From Lepidodermella squamata (taxonomy: Eukaryota; Animalia; Gastrotricha): a stretch of DNA of 64,000 nucleotides. The notes below the pieces were generated by a model. That model was not told the origin of the DNA and made no database searches. It saw only the letters and a list, made by a program, of their open reading frames with translations. The DNA lies in NCBI GenBank assembly GCA_047495785.1, contig JBLDXI010000004.1, positions 372,001-436,000 on the forward strand, in the 5' to 3' direction. Shown here one piece after another: positions 1-12,821 of the stretch (the first letter of the stretch is position 1; every line of letters begins with the position of its first letter). Both the position numbers and the translations under genes were made by a program.

Positions 1-580
1 AACAACTGATCGTTATTAAACTGTTCCGGTAGCAGCCCCGCGCCCCCGCAAACGAGTGATCAACGTGCAATTGCGAATTGGATCTCAGTTATCAGTCTCT
101 GAGCGTTGTCTCAGTTATCCTGGCTGTTCTAAAATCCGGTGGTATCAGTGAATTCTTCACTGAAACGGTGCTATTATCTCACTTTTAACGACGTGCTCCT
201 CCGCCGGATGCCACCAATTAGTATGCAAGCGCAGCTTATATGACGCTTTGTTAGACACTTAACTTGATTTGAATGGTACGAATGGTCGTGCCATGTTGAT
301 TTTCCTTATTAAGGGTGCTAAGGATGCTAAATTAGTTAGTGAGACGCTATGGAGACGCTCGTCTTTGTTATTCGTTACTTGCCAAGGACATCCTTGGCAA
401 AACGGCTTTTAGTAAGGATGCAGCGTCACTGGTCCGCCTAGTAAGGGTGGCTTACTGAGACGATCCATACTCAGAATTCTCTGTCTCAAAGTCTAAGCGA
501 TCTAAGGAAGTGATCTCAGATAGAGCTGTCCTTAGATGGATCCTTGGAATGCAGTCCTTACTAAACATGTTGTTGCCAGG
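1..580. mobile_element. Possible right end of a non-autonomous DNA transposon (GGG terminus, CMC/EnSpm-like)
   Basis: Dense short subterminal repeats/palindromes (taagga/tcctta, gagac/gtctc) ending ...TTGCCAGGG at 580; other end outside window. Confidence 0.3.
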
Positions 581-726
581 GTTATACTTCAAGGGCATTT
601 CGCAATTGAAAATAAAATTAAAAATTATTATTAAAAGTGTTTAAAAATTATTTTAGCAAATTAACCGGCAGATTTTTTTTCGCGACTACAGCAGGATGTT
701 CGGTTTCGAAAGGAACACCCTGTATC

Positions 727-2767
727 TTACGCCCTCCGGGCAGAGTCTGTCTTTCGGCACGCAGAATAGCAATATCTCATTTGATTCATAATTGTTTACG
801 CATTTAAGGTGTTGACCCTAAGAAAAAAAGGCGAAAATTGTCCTGGCTTCTTCCAACTATGCATGACGCCATATCATCTCTCGATAACTCACCACAAAAT
901 CGGCAGTGTTGCGAACGACTTGAAAAAAGGGAAATTCAATGCTGTGCTGTTCTAGATGCTGTAGAACCATAGATAATAATAAAGATCGGAAGCTTACGAT
1001 CCTGCCATAGTGTCAAAATTTTAGGGTGCAAAGGTCACAATGTGCAAAGCCACATTTTTGTGCGTTTTATTTGAGCCATGTGCGCCTAGCTAAATGCATG
1101 TAAAATCGACCCATTTTTAAATTGATTTTTTGAAAAACGTCATTTTTCTGAATTTTTGATAATTTTTATCCTAGTACAACTTTTTCCGCTCTTTCAAACG
1201 AGACCAGGCTCGACTTCCTAGGACCTTTGCAAGGCCACATAGATATTCGCAAAGTAGGCCACAAAATCACGAAGATCGACGGGAATAAAAGTTATATATT
1301 TCGATAGCTTAGCCCATCCTGGTAAAGAAAATATTTTTTCTGAAATTTTCTGATCAAATTTTAACAATTTTTTCCGCCCCGACATAATCGACAAATTTCG
1401 ATCTTCGCAATTTTGTGACCTACTTTGCGAATATCTAGATGGCCTTGAAGTCGAGCCTGGTCTCGTTTGAAAGAGCGGAAAAAGTTGTACTAGGATAAAA
1501 ATTATCAAAAATTCAGAAAAATGACGTTTTTCAAAAAATCAATTTAAAAATGGGTCGATTTTACATGCATTTAGCTAGGCGCACATGGCTCAAATAATAC
1601 GAACAAAACTGTGGCTTTGCACATGGTGACCTTTGCACTCTAAAATTGTGACACTATGGCAGGATCGTAAGCTTCCGATCTTTATTATTATCTATGTGTA
1701 GAACTAACATCGTGTAAAATCCAAGCATCGTGGCAAAAGCAGTGATTGTAGTCTGAAATCAGGCAGGCAATTTTAGTAGCAATCGAAAACGTAGATCGAA
1801 ATTGAGAAATGGATACATTTGACATTTTTTAAATTAACTAAATTAATTTTTTTTATAAATTCTAAAATTCCAAAAAACCAGTGAGCGAAGTAGGATCCTC
1901 GGGGTACTTACGGGTATATTTTCAGTGCCGAATTTTTCGGAACCTCTCGAGTTATCCCGTACTCACCCCATCCCTCCCCCTCCTCCGCCCTTCTCTCCCG
2001 GCACTTCGCACACTGCAAACTTTAAAATTCATAATTTTCATAATTTTCACAATTCAAAAAGTTCACGATTTCGAAAGATCAACATTTCAAAAATGTTATT
2101 TCTAAAAATTTCAAAATTCAATCGGAAAATTTCAACTTACCCCGCCAGTTTGGCATGAGCTGCCTGGAATCCATATTTTTCTCAGAGTTATTGACGTTGC
2201 AGAGCGTTACTGGGCTGCTCTGTGTTAAACAAAATCTTAAAAGCTGATTAATAGCCAACCATGAATCGTCTGATGACGGAACGGCACTCGTCGTACTTGG
2301 TTGCGAAATTGGTACCAATGTATTCGGCGTTCTAGCGAAAGAAAACGTTTGCGGCCAACGGCCAGATTTTATACGACATTTGAACAACTACTCACTTGAA
2401 ATTCATCGCTTGAACAGCCCAAGTTGCGAGGTATGCAACGCATGTCGATCGTCTTGAAATTGAAACAGCTTCGAGCCGAGTAATGAATTCAATATATCCA
2501 CCTTAATCTTAAAACTATTGAAAACCGACCCCTTCTTTACAGGCGGTGGTACTTGCCAGCTGAGTCCCCAACTGAAAAACTCAGACTTAATAAAGAAAAT
2601 ACCAAAAAAATTCTGCATAATTTAACCTGGGTCTCATCCAAAAATGACCACGTTTCTTTGCAGCCAATGAATGAGTCATCGAAGCGTGAGAACCAGCGCT
2701 TGTGATTTGCCGCTTGTGAACCCGCCTCCAAATAAAAAAATGCAATAACAGCCAGTAGAAGCTTCAT
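727..2767 (-). pseudogene. Paralogue A, long-type Cys-repeat/CTLD family, degenerate
   Basis: Exon 1 MKLLLAVIAFFYLEAGSQAANHKRWFSRFDDSFIGCKETWSFLDETQ; further exons LGTQLASTTACKEG, ARSCFNFKTIDMRCIPRNLGC, NAEYIGTNFATKYDECR and GQHLKCVNN..CVPKDRLCPEG (818-727) match paralogue C. Exon-3 acceptor reads AC, +1 frameshift in exon 5, middle exons apparently deleted. Confidence 0.75.
968..1696. mobile_element. P-superfamily MITE/foldback element
   Basis: ~250-bp near-perfect TIRs starting CATAGATAATAATAAAG; 8-bp TSD TGTAGAAC at 960-967 and 1697-1704. Confidence 0.85.
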
Positions 2768-3154
2768 TTCATCGTATGTTAGCTAGAACAAGAGCTTTTA
2801 GAAATGGATATTTTCAATTGAAGAATTATATTATCAAATCTGGTTGATCGCGTGTCAAATTGAGTTATCAAAAAAACTTTAAATTCATGAATTCATTTCA
2901 AAATTCATGAAGAAGACTGATCACGATGAATGAATGAGTTATTGAAATTCAACCTGAGATAAGCAGAATGTTTATTGCTTTGAAATGTGATCTGTCTAAA
3001 TTCATGTCGGTGGTGAATCCAAAAAAGTGTAACGCGAACTCTGCCCAACGACGTAACACGTCAAAAGTGGCAGCGCGTGCTTGTCATCTCATCAAAAAAT
3101 ATTTCATTTTGAACATATCATTTTCCTTAAAAATAACACATTATGGCAAATAAT

Positions 3155-5277
3155 ATGAAACTATACGTATCTTTCATTTCATTTTCGGCTCTGCTAACTC
3201 TGGCTCATTGTCAAACCTGGCAGCGATGCTTTTCTCTGTTTAACAACAAATTTCGACGGTGCCGTCGCGAATCGACAGGCTGCGATCCATTAACCCAATA
3301 CACGGTAACAACAACACTGTGATTCAACATAGAAATTTTTACTTCGATTTAATTAGATGGGGTCGATTCTAAACACATCAGAAGAGTGCATTCAAGAGGT
3401 GAGTGGTCATTCAACTCATTTACTCATTCAAATAATTCCGGTGATTTATTTACCAGAAAGCCTCGCTTTGCTATAAACCCAAAATTCTCACAACGGTTTG
3501 CCGGGTCGGTCGCAGATGCGCTGGAACTGAAATTTTGGTAATGTGCAATTTAGCATTGAATAGCTCGCTAATGATCTGTTCTATTCTACAGGTTGGGACT
3601 TACTTGTCGAAAATCCTCCTGCGCGAAAATCTGGCGGATTGCGAAGTAGAAGCGTTACGTTTTGAGGCACGTTTGCCGAAATAATTTTCTTAGCCAGCTA
3701 CACTTTTTAATTATAGGATCAGCCATTTAAGCGGTGCTACAAAGGTACAAAACTGGATACATGCGTCCCGAGAGATTTGCCGTGCCCAGCAGGAACAGTA
3801 ATTTTTAATTTGATCAAATTTTGTGAACTTGAAATTCATTTTACAGGACGATGGTCCGTGGGAAAGTAATCTCACGCGATGCTTGGATGGGCAACGTCAG
3901 TTGACCAACATTTCCTGGGCAATTATTTCTCATTCTCTCTGTGTTACAGTTTCTGTGCCTAACAATGAAAAGCCCAACGTCAGACCCAATAATTGGACCT
4001 AGTAGACAATTTGCGAAATTTCTGTAAAAATAACACCGCAATCGGTTTTTCAATGTTTTTTCAAAGATTTCTTGTTAAATTTCGCGTCGTTTGGTGTAAA
4101 AATATTGAAGGTTCGAGGAAGTCTCGGCCCTAAATTAATAGCGCAAAGTTGACAGAATAGAGTCGAAAATGGCGTTTTGTTCTTAACCACACTTCTCAGG
4201 TAATTTTTACACCCTGCCACATCTATGACCACTAATTGAAAATTTTAATTGAAAATTAGTTATTTTCATTGATAAGCCGATTTTGCCACATACCGGTCCT
4301 CGTCCTTTTCGAATTTTCTCCAATAAATTCAAACAAATTTTAGCGATCACTTGTTTTGACTTTATTTTATTTTGAACAATTTTTAGAGAGCTTTAAAATG
4401 CGCGGCAGCGGGAGGCCTCAAATGTTCGAGTACTTGCCCTCTCGCTTCACGTCAGGTGAGCTTATTTCGAGTTCTAAATTGTTTCCACTTAATTTTTTTT
4501 CAAGGGCGATGTTTACGCCGAATCTTCGCAGTTCGCTTTCAATTATGCCTCCTGCTTAAACGATCTCTCTGAAGTAGGTTTTTATACTGATTTTCTCAGC
4601 TCGGTCACATTCTATAATTAATTTTATTTTCAAATTCCGCAATAATAGCTTGAAGGTCATAGATGAGGTGATCAACAATTTCAGAATTTTTACGAAGGGT
4701 GTTCAAAAATGATTTTATTGCGAATTTTTGCTGATATTAAATTCAATAGCCATACAAATTTAGGCCTAGAAATTCAATTGATGTTGTAGAAAAAATCGGA
4801 CTACATAAATTTTGTTTCATTATTGTCAACAAACAGCTCTTGGGATTCGTACGATGTCAATCATCGACTGGTAACAATACGTGCCACCTCAGCTCACCTG
4901 GCTGCTTAGCTAACGAAGTGCAAAGTCCATCTAACTACTCCTTCCCGACTCGATTGGAATGTGAGAACGTCGTGAAGACGATCCAACTCCAGGTGGCGCA
5001 ACTGAATTGGACCACGGGCGAAGCTTACTGCGCCTCGATTTCGAAGCGACTGGCTACGGTCAGAACCGACGAGGATTCATTGGTGATTGAACAGCTGTTA
5101 AGGAATGCTAGCATCAGAGCTGCCTGGGTTGGATTGAAGCTAGACAACAACAATGGCGAATGGCGCTGGAGTGATGGTGCAGTCATTGAACCGCCTTTTC
5201 GCAATCAGCAATCAATCGAGGAGACAAGGTCGATCGAATTTTGTCACGGCGGATCCGAATCCGTTTTCAGAATTTAG
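3155..5277 (+). pseudogene. Paralogue B, short-type Cys-repeat/CTLD family, disrupted
   Basis: Spliced MKLYVSFISFSALLTLAHCQTWQRCFSLFNNKFRRCRRESTGCDPLTQYT / MGSILNTSEECIQE / KASLCYKPK..C..C / DQPFKRCYK.. . Exon 7 breaks after EKPNVR into a stop. CTLD exon (AWVGL..WRWSDG) is truncated and runs into transposon sequence at ~5245. Confidence 0.75.
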
Positions 5278-5510
5278 TAGATGTCATACTTCCAGAGGTA
5301 ATTGAAATGCTTAAATTTAATCTTATTTAATTACTTTATTGCACCCCCATCATTTTTACATCGAACTAACCAGTTTTTCACGCAGTTTTTCACGTGGTTC
5401 AACTTAAAATTCAATTAGAGATTCAATTGGAGATTGGTGTTTCAGATGTGGCGCATACTAAAAACCTGCGGCAAATGCGCGCGCGGGGAAAAGCGCGCGC
5501 ATTGTTTTCT
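5244..5510. repeat. Fragments of the hAT element family (20643/33424) and of the Tc1-type TIR (35956)
   Basis: tcacggcggatccgaatccgttttcagaatt is the reverse complement of ~33740-33770; ggtgtttcagatgtggcgca..aaaacctgcggcaaatgcgcgcg matches ~35959-36030. Confidence 0.65.
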
Positions 5511-5971
5511 TTGCAATTATCAGTGTTTTTTTTTTAAGGAATCCATTGGTGTTGACTACGTTTTTTGGTGGTGACATAGCCAATAGAGATTTTGATTGGC
5601 GATTTCGATTGCTTTATTTGAAACTCCCATTTATTTGAAAGGTTTGCCGGCATGGCGCTGAGGTTCAAGAGACGTTAGAGAGACGTTTAACGTTGAAGAA
5701 ACGCTGAAAAAACAGTGCCGGAAACCCGGAAACTTGAGATATAAAATCGTAAATTTGAGCAAGGCACTCATATACCACAGTCTCATTAAAACATTTTATT
5801 CGGGCTTAATCAGTAACATCAGTAATCAGACGATATTGAGAGGATATATTTCCAGTCAGAAAATTCTTCAAATGAGTTGTTTACGATCATTTAAAACAGC
5901 AATCAAAGATAAGAAAGCAGATAAATTCCAGTTCAACAGTGACTATGAGCATCACTCTAAAAAGCAGTGTT

Positions 5972-8900
5972 TTAACCGATTTGATACACCTCGCAGGTTG
6001 CGGAGTCGGCAAGGCTGCTGCACGGAGCGGAAACTGAAACAGGAGTGATATCCGTTTGAATTCGAGAAAAAATGACACAACCGGCATCAGTTGGATTACC
6101 AGCCTTCCAGTCCGATGCAACCAGAGAATAGGGGGCCCCGTTGTCCCACGTCAAATTTACAGCTGATCCTGACAAGCCGATCCACGAGGTGAGAGGCCTG
6201 GCTCTCAGGAACAAATGCCGAGCATCCGCCATTTGCGCCGCCGATCTAATTATGGCCAATCTGCCGAATCGATATGACCAGCAAAGATCCGCGCCTGCCT
6301 TTCTGCTCACCGAATTGCTGGAATACGAAGAAAGGAAAAAAGTTGTATAAGAGTTCAAGCAGCTGTCTTCAGTCGGGTAATTGACGGGAGGGTAACGCGT
6401 TTCGGTGGCCAAGCAATCTCCGCCATTGTTATTTGCGCGACAGGTCGGCGAACCATCAGATGCCTCACACCGGTAGAAACTGAAACACACAAAACCAAAG
6501 TATACAACTAAACGAAAATCGATATCAAAATCGATACCGAAATCGATACTGAAATCGATACTGAAATCGTGAAAAGTTAAGATTTGAAAATAAGATCCTC
6601 TTATGATTTGAAAATGCTTAAATTGCCGTTCTGAGAGTCTGGCCACATTCGTCGAGCCGTAGAATACTGTCAACTCACTCAATTTTACATATAGCAAAAG
6701 TTTCGAACGTCAGCGAACCGCCCCAATAAGTTATCTTTTCAGAAAAGAAAATATGGCTCATAATATATTTCCAGATATCAAGGCTAGCTGAAGCTCACCG
6801 TATTTTTCGGGCACGATTTAGAGCTCGGAATGCAAACTACGGGCGTTTGCACTGGGTAATTGACGCATTTGATGTGTTGGCCCTGAGTTCAGGCTAAAAA
6901 CGAACCAAGTTGACATGATTATTGAAGGGAAACCTTTATCAAAGCCTGGCATGTAGCAAAGTTGTCCGTGAGGGATGTCCCAGCCGAGCAAATGGGTCCG
7001 AGCTAAATTATTGCTGAGTTTGAAAAACGGCAAAATTTAGCTGAAAATCTCACGTCGTATTTTCCAGTTCCATTTTGGCATGACTCCAAACAACTGCCGC
7101 CGCTGTTCGAGTCGTAGCACATTTGTATGGTCTTTTTGAAAGGAGAGACAATGTTTAGACGAAGAGCGGTTTAAACTTTAAACATTGAAATTACCCCTTT
7201 CTCGCAGTCTTCTTTGGTGATGTAGATTGCAGGGTTCAGCACCTTGGAAAACAATTTAAAAAATGAATTGGAGTAGCATTTAACTTACTTGATTCCCATC
7301 ACATGGCGCCGGCGCTCGTTTGCAGCCTGAAAATTCCGGCTTTGACCAGTCGAAACAACGCCGGTGAGGGTACATGGCCGGAGGCGCTGTTAGAATACAA
7401 ATTTCCTCACACCGAATCGAACCTCGCCAATTACCTGATGTGCAGTCGTTCAAAGTGCTGAAAGTGTAACCTGAAATACTTCCGCTCGGGCAAGATGCGC
7501 CATTAGTTGCGGAGAGGCATTTGATGAAGGCGAACGATGTCCCATCCACGCAGAGAGTGTGTGGCTTCTGTTAAATGATAATATTTTTCATTGAAAATCC
7601 TATTAGGATGGCGAGTAGTTAGGATTTTAAAGAATTCCAATTGCTAAAATGCCTGAAGTGGAGAGCTTACTTGTGTGAGCAGACAGTCAGCGTAGTTGCT
7701 TGCGAAATCTGAGTTGGATCTGAACAGCGATATCTAAATGAAAAGTCAGTTGATTTCAAAACATTAACACGCGCTATAAAAAAAACTGACCACGGTCATG
7801 GGAGGCGGACATGTGTTGCGGCAAACAGGGCCGGCGGTTGATGAGCAAAGACCGGCCGGCTAAAATCCAGGCAAATTCATCAAAAGTAATTTCAATAGCG
7901 GGAAACTTACACCATCGATGCAGTGGAATCTATCGATGAAGTTTCCATCACTGAACGCCTGTGTTGTAAAAACGCTTTACTCGCGAAAGGTAAGAGGTAA
8001 GGATGGTTACCCGTGTCATGTAAGTCAGATTGCAAGCTGTAGATTGGCAGCCTACGAATGACCGATCGTCTTGGACGAAGCAGCGATTGAACGGCACAAA
8101 ATCGGCATTGTTGCGGACGACTAGAAGAATAGATAATTTCTGAAAAAATTGGAGTAAAGAGTGGTACGGGGGTTAAGTAACCCCCAGCTCGAGAGGTCCA
8201 GGCAAGAAAGACGACCAAACAAATCTGTAGGTCCGAAAGTGCCTCCTAGCAAAATTATTCAACTTCGAGAATCTCAATGCCTCAGATCGAATCGATGCTC
8301 TGAGAAAACGCTGAGGAAACTCACTATTTAGCTCATTTATGCAGGTCGTGATGGTTGTTCGGGTGCCAACGAGCCGCTGCGATTGATTGCAATAAAATTA
8401 TGGCTCGCCAGATTGAAAATCTATCATAATAATAAATCGAACTCACCCCGCTATTAGGACATTCACTGTCAGAAGGAATGCATATACGCTGCCCGTTGCT
8501 ATCACACAGATTTGCTTTGAAATTCTGGAGAAAAATTCGCGATTCAAAATTCAACGCTGAAGAAAAAACCTCAAACCAAAAAGTTCTTGATTGTATATCT
8601 GCATAGGTTATATTGCGTTTTGAAATTGGTGCCGATAAATTCGGTAGCCTCGAGAGAACAAATCCTGAGTTATGATTTTCACGAGAAAAATGTAACGTAA
8701 ACCTTACCACAACTTCAGTGGTTTTATCACAGCCGAGGTTACGAGGGATGCATCGCATGTTGACCGTTTTGTAATTGAAACAGCTTCGAGCAGACTTGAG
8801 GCATTATTCATGGCGTCTGTTTTGGTATCGAGATTAGATCAAAACTTACCCCTGATAAGCACGAGTCAGATGATGGCAAAGCGAGACCTAGCTATAGTAG

Positions 8901-9084
8901 TAGTTAAGATTGATGAGTAGGAAAGACTCGGCAAAGGATTTACCTGAACTTCATCCAGAAAAGAGCAGTTAGTCTTGCAATCTATGAAATCATCATTTTG
9001 ACGTGAAAAGCAGCGTTTGAAATCGGTGCTCTCAGCAGCTTGAGCAGCAATCAAAATGACAATAACAAAATGAAGAAGCGTCAT
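5972..9084 (-). CDS. Paralogue C: secreted protein, signal peptide + 10 four-Cys modules + CTLD (18 exons, apparently intact)
   Basis: Hand splicing with GT-AG introns gives a continuous frame from MTLLHFVIVILIAAQAAESTDFKRCFSR.. to the last exon ..LCWSYRFGRLAII..SWIGLSG..LTWDNG..C..C..CEVYQIG*; WIGL motif and four canonical CTLD cysteines. Confidence 0.85.
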
Positions 9085-9203
9085 TTTCAAAATTCAATCG
9101 CTTTGAGTAGCAGTAAGTTGATTCTAAACAAATTCTGGAGTCCATAATAGAATTATGATTAAACTAGTTGAATCCTTAGTTTTTCGCATTGAATCCTTGA
9201 AAA

Positions 9204-9456
9204 CAGTGTGCGACTTTCAGGGGGGGTTGGGGGGGGGGGGATCAATCCCCCCAGCTCGGCCGGGCCAGACAACAAAATGAAAATTTATCCCACTGTTTTG
9301 TTAATTTTGGAAGGTTCTGGGGCGTGTTTTAGTGGAAAATCTCCAAAATTTTCTCGCTTCGCTCGGTATTTAGCCGAAATGACTCGTCATTTTGGCAAAA
9401 ACAGCAAAAAATTATTTCCCATCCCCGGGAGCTCGGGGATCGAAGATCGCACCCTG
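9204..9456. mobile_element. hAT-type MITE (family 2, copy 1)
   Basis: CAGTGTGCGA...TCGCACCCTG ends; TSD CTTGAAAA/CTTGAAAC; second copy at 25048-25292, fragment near 11819. Confidence 0.8.
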
Positions 9457-12012
9457 CTTGAAACATTTTAGTTGGAGGAAAAACGACACAGTCTAAGTTA
9501 GATACCGAATATCGAAAAATATGATCAGCTGAATGAAAAAAAAATAACAATTGGGTGAGGCCAAAACAGTAGGAGAGCCAATCAAAAAAGTCGAACTTCG
9601 GGCCCCTAATATTCGGCTGAATGAAGGCTCGATTATTGAAAATTACATAAACGAAGTAGTTCTCACTCGTTAGCACAAAATGATAGATTGTCTAGCCGAA
9701 AAAATGTAACAACACGCGACTGTGATTACGCAACCAGATTAGGACAATAATCAAGGGCGAAGTTCGCTATCGCGTATTTGTTTTCGATAATCAACCTCGA
9801 CCTTGTTTTGACAATAGACAACGTGAAAAATGACGCAGAAAATGGATGGCGATTTCATCAACGATTAAACAAGGATTTGCAAATTTCGGGCTGAAAATGG
9901 CTCGATGATTTACCTCCCTCAGAGCTGGACCTAGTCGGATCACTTGAAAAATATCAATCGGGTATTAGTTAGGCTGAAAAAACGTTGACTTCCGGCGAAA
10001 CCAACGATGTTGAATTCGATGTTGAATGAGGCCATGTCTCGCTCATCAGCAATAAAAAAGGTGTCCTCCCAAAGCCAGCACACGAGACCATAAATTAGTT
10101 CAAAATTTATTTTTGCTTAAACTGTTTTTATTTTATGGCCTGGTTTCGACAATCGACAATAGGAGTAATGCACGATAAATTATTGCTAGTGTGACTGAAG
10201 ATTGAATATTTTATATCTGCCAAATCAATCATAACTGATGAGATATCGACTATTTGTTTCGCAAGTTTTGCAAAATTCAGCATTGATTTGGTAAACCCTA
10301 ATACATGAAGATAATTTTGAAGAAACGTTGGAATTAAATGTCCCCTGTTATGACATTTGGTTTGGGAACATTTCATCATCTTCATCATCTTCAGTTCGGA
10401 ATAGCTCAGATTTAGACTCAATTTTTGATGAAACGTTGGAATTAAATTAGATGACTGAGAAATGTATCTGACCCAAATTATAGTCATAAAAAGCTTTCGT
10501 AAAAAATTCGTTTCTTATTTAGCTTTGAAGGAGTTATAACTGATTGCTGACTGGAAACGGCGAGAAAATTTCGCAAATACAAGCCCGTCGAAAACAGAAC
10601 CTTGTGGCTTTTAAATGAAAATCAGGCCATTTTTACCCTTTGATGCCCGCAAGTGCCAGAATTTTACATGTGTTAACAGTATTTATTTCACAATTTCACT
10701 TGAATTATAATAATGTGAGCTGTTAAATACTCATAAAAAATGGCTTAGATATATGGCGAGAGCCAAGACAGATGCTGATTGATGTGCCTATAGCGCCGCC
10801 CGGCGGAGGGCCTATTATAAATAAAACTAACACATGCTAAAGAAAAAAACATCAACACAGATTGCGGTGATTATTAAAATCACTTGAAGGGTTAGACTAC
10901 ACATTTTGTGTCTTGCAAATGTTCAGCTCAATCATCATTTATGGGAATTCTATACTTCTCACACGCGGCTTGGTTAGCTGTCCCGTTGCAAGCAATCGAT
11001 GCCATTTTGACAACGCGTGTTGCATCGTCACGCAGCAGAATCACGCAATTATCAGTCGTCGGATTTCCGCTCCACCAATCTTCTGCGATGAAATCGTAGA
11101 CGAGTCTGCTTTCCCAACGCAATTCGCCAGATGACGCACCCATGCACTTCCAAGCCCTCTTTGAACGTCCGATTTCGCTTCTGACATTTCGCTCTGTGTT
11201 GTCAGAGATTGCAGACGACCACGCTGGTTATTATTCTTGCAAAGACCAGCTGCTTCGCTTCTGTTGAATGGCGAGCTTTCGTTAAACGTCACATAGACTA
11301 TCTTCTGGGCGTTCACGCAGCTAACTTCGTTTGGAAAAGAATAGCCTTGTGGAAAGGTGATTTCATCGGGCAGGCAAACACTGCTGTTCTCTTTAGCGCG
11401 GCAAGTCACCGATCCATCTGAAGCCTCGCATCGATGGAAACTGTAAAAATTCGCTGAACATTTGAATCCCTCGCAAATTTTCATAAACTTACACCTGCGG
11501 GTCCCTACTACACTTTTGAAAGTTGTCATACTGCATGCCGTTTTTCCAAGGTACCTATCGTTGAAAAGGCATTTAAAAAGTCGGTATTAAAAAGCTTTCC
11601 TTAGTTCACCGTGCCTTCCGGACAAGACTGCGATTGTGGGATGCAAACAACAGCCGATTTCGTTGTTGACTTGGCGCATTTGATGTGAGGACCCTGCAAT
11701 GGAAAATACGTGAATTTCGCCCGTGATAGAGCGATAGAGTTTATTTGGTTAGACTAAGGATTGATTGATTGCATCATGCATCATTCCATTAAATCACATA
11801 AACAGGTATCGATAAAGAGCGTGCGACTTTCAGCCGCTGTTTTAAATTAAAATTTAGCCAGCTGCTTCGTTAATTTGGGCTTGGAGCATGTTTCAATTGA
11901 AAATCTTTAAAATTCCCTTGCCACAAAAGTTTTCCCATCTCTGGTAGCTCAGATATCAAGTCTATTATCGCACTCTGTCGATAATAGTAGACACATTCCG
12001 GAACTATTTCAA

Positions 12013-12459
12013 CCCTTTCATGGCGTAATTATTTAACAGCGGAAGGAACGACAGTCCTTGGGTTTTCGAAGTCTCGGATCACTATTTTGACATCCGTTTG
12101 TCTCTATCTACCCCCGTTAAGGCTGTACGAGAACTTGTACGTAATGCAATTTTTCGTCATTTTTTAATTTCCTGCACAACACATTAACACGGAGGTCCAT
12201 GAGACTAAGGCGGCCACGGTGATATTTAAAAAAAAATATCAGAAACCTGTGAAATTTCCGGTTCAATACAATCGAAATTTAAATCTCAGGTTGGCCATCA
12301 TCAAATTGCTAATATGTCCTGACTGTGTCTATATGCTATATGACTATAACGGCGTCTCATAACCTTGTAGCCACATCAAAAAGCAAGAATTTATCAAATT
12401 CAATTTTCTGCGAATTTTTAAAGTCAAGATTCCGAAATTTCCTTCTCGCCGTGAAAGGG
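12013..12459. mobile_element. piggyBac-type MITE
   Basis: TIRs CCCTTTCATGGCG / CGCCGTGAAAGGG flanked by TCAA and TTAA. Confidence 0.65.
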
Positions 12460-12614
12460 TTAAAGCGAAATTGATGGAAAGCTAGTCGAATTGACATATT
12501 ATAAATTGTTGACCTCAATCAAACCAAGGCATTCTGCGAGGTTATCAGCGAGGGGCATCGAGGAACCGATCTGCCCAATCTGGAAAAAAATAAATCACCA
12601 TCAATAAGACCCTA

Positions 12615-12821
12615 ATATCGTTAGCGACGCGCCAAAACAACCACTTTGATGACTCATTCGATCGTACTTTGACGAGCCGAACGTAAAGAAGGAGTACGTT
12701 CGGCGTTTTGAGCACTGATATTACTCATCGTAATTTGAATTTACGTTCAAGAGTCGAACGTACTTTCCATAAAAAAGCTATTAATAGTAAAGTGGTTGTT
12801 TTGGCGCGTCGCTAACGATAT
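12615..12821. mobile_element. MITE, superfamily unassigned
   Basis: ~33-bp perfect inverted repeat ATATCGTTAGCGACGCGCCAAAACAACCACTTT at both ends; intronic. Confidence 0.65.

Noticed and set aside
6512-6570. 12-bp AAATCGATAC-type repeats giving 'DFSI' peptide repeats
   Set aside because: Intronic minisatellite; the real exon starts at ~6480.
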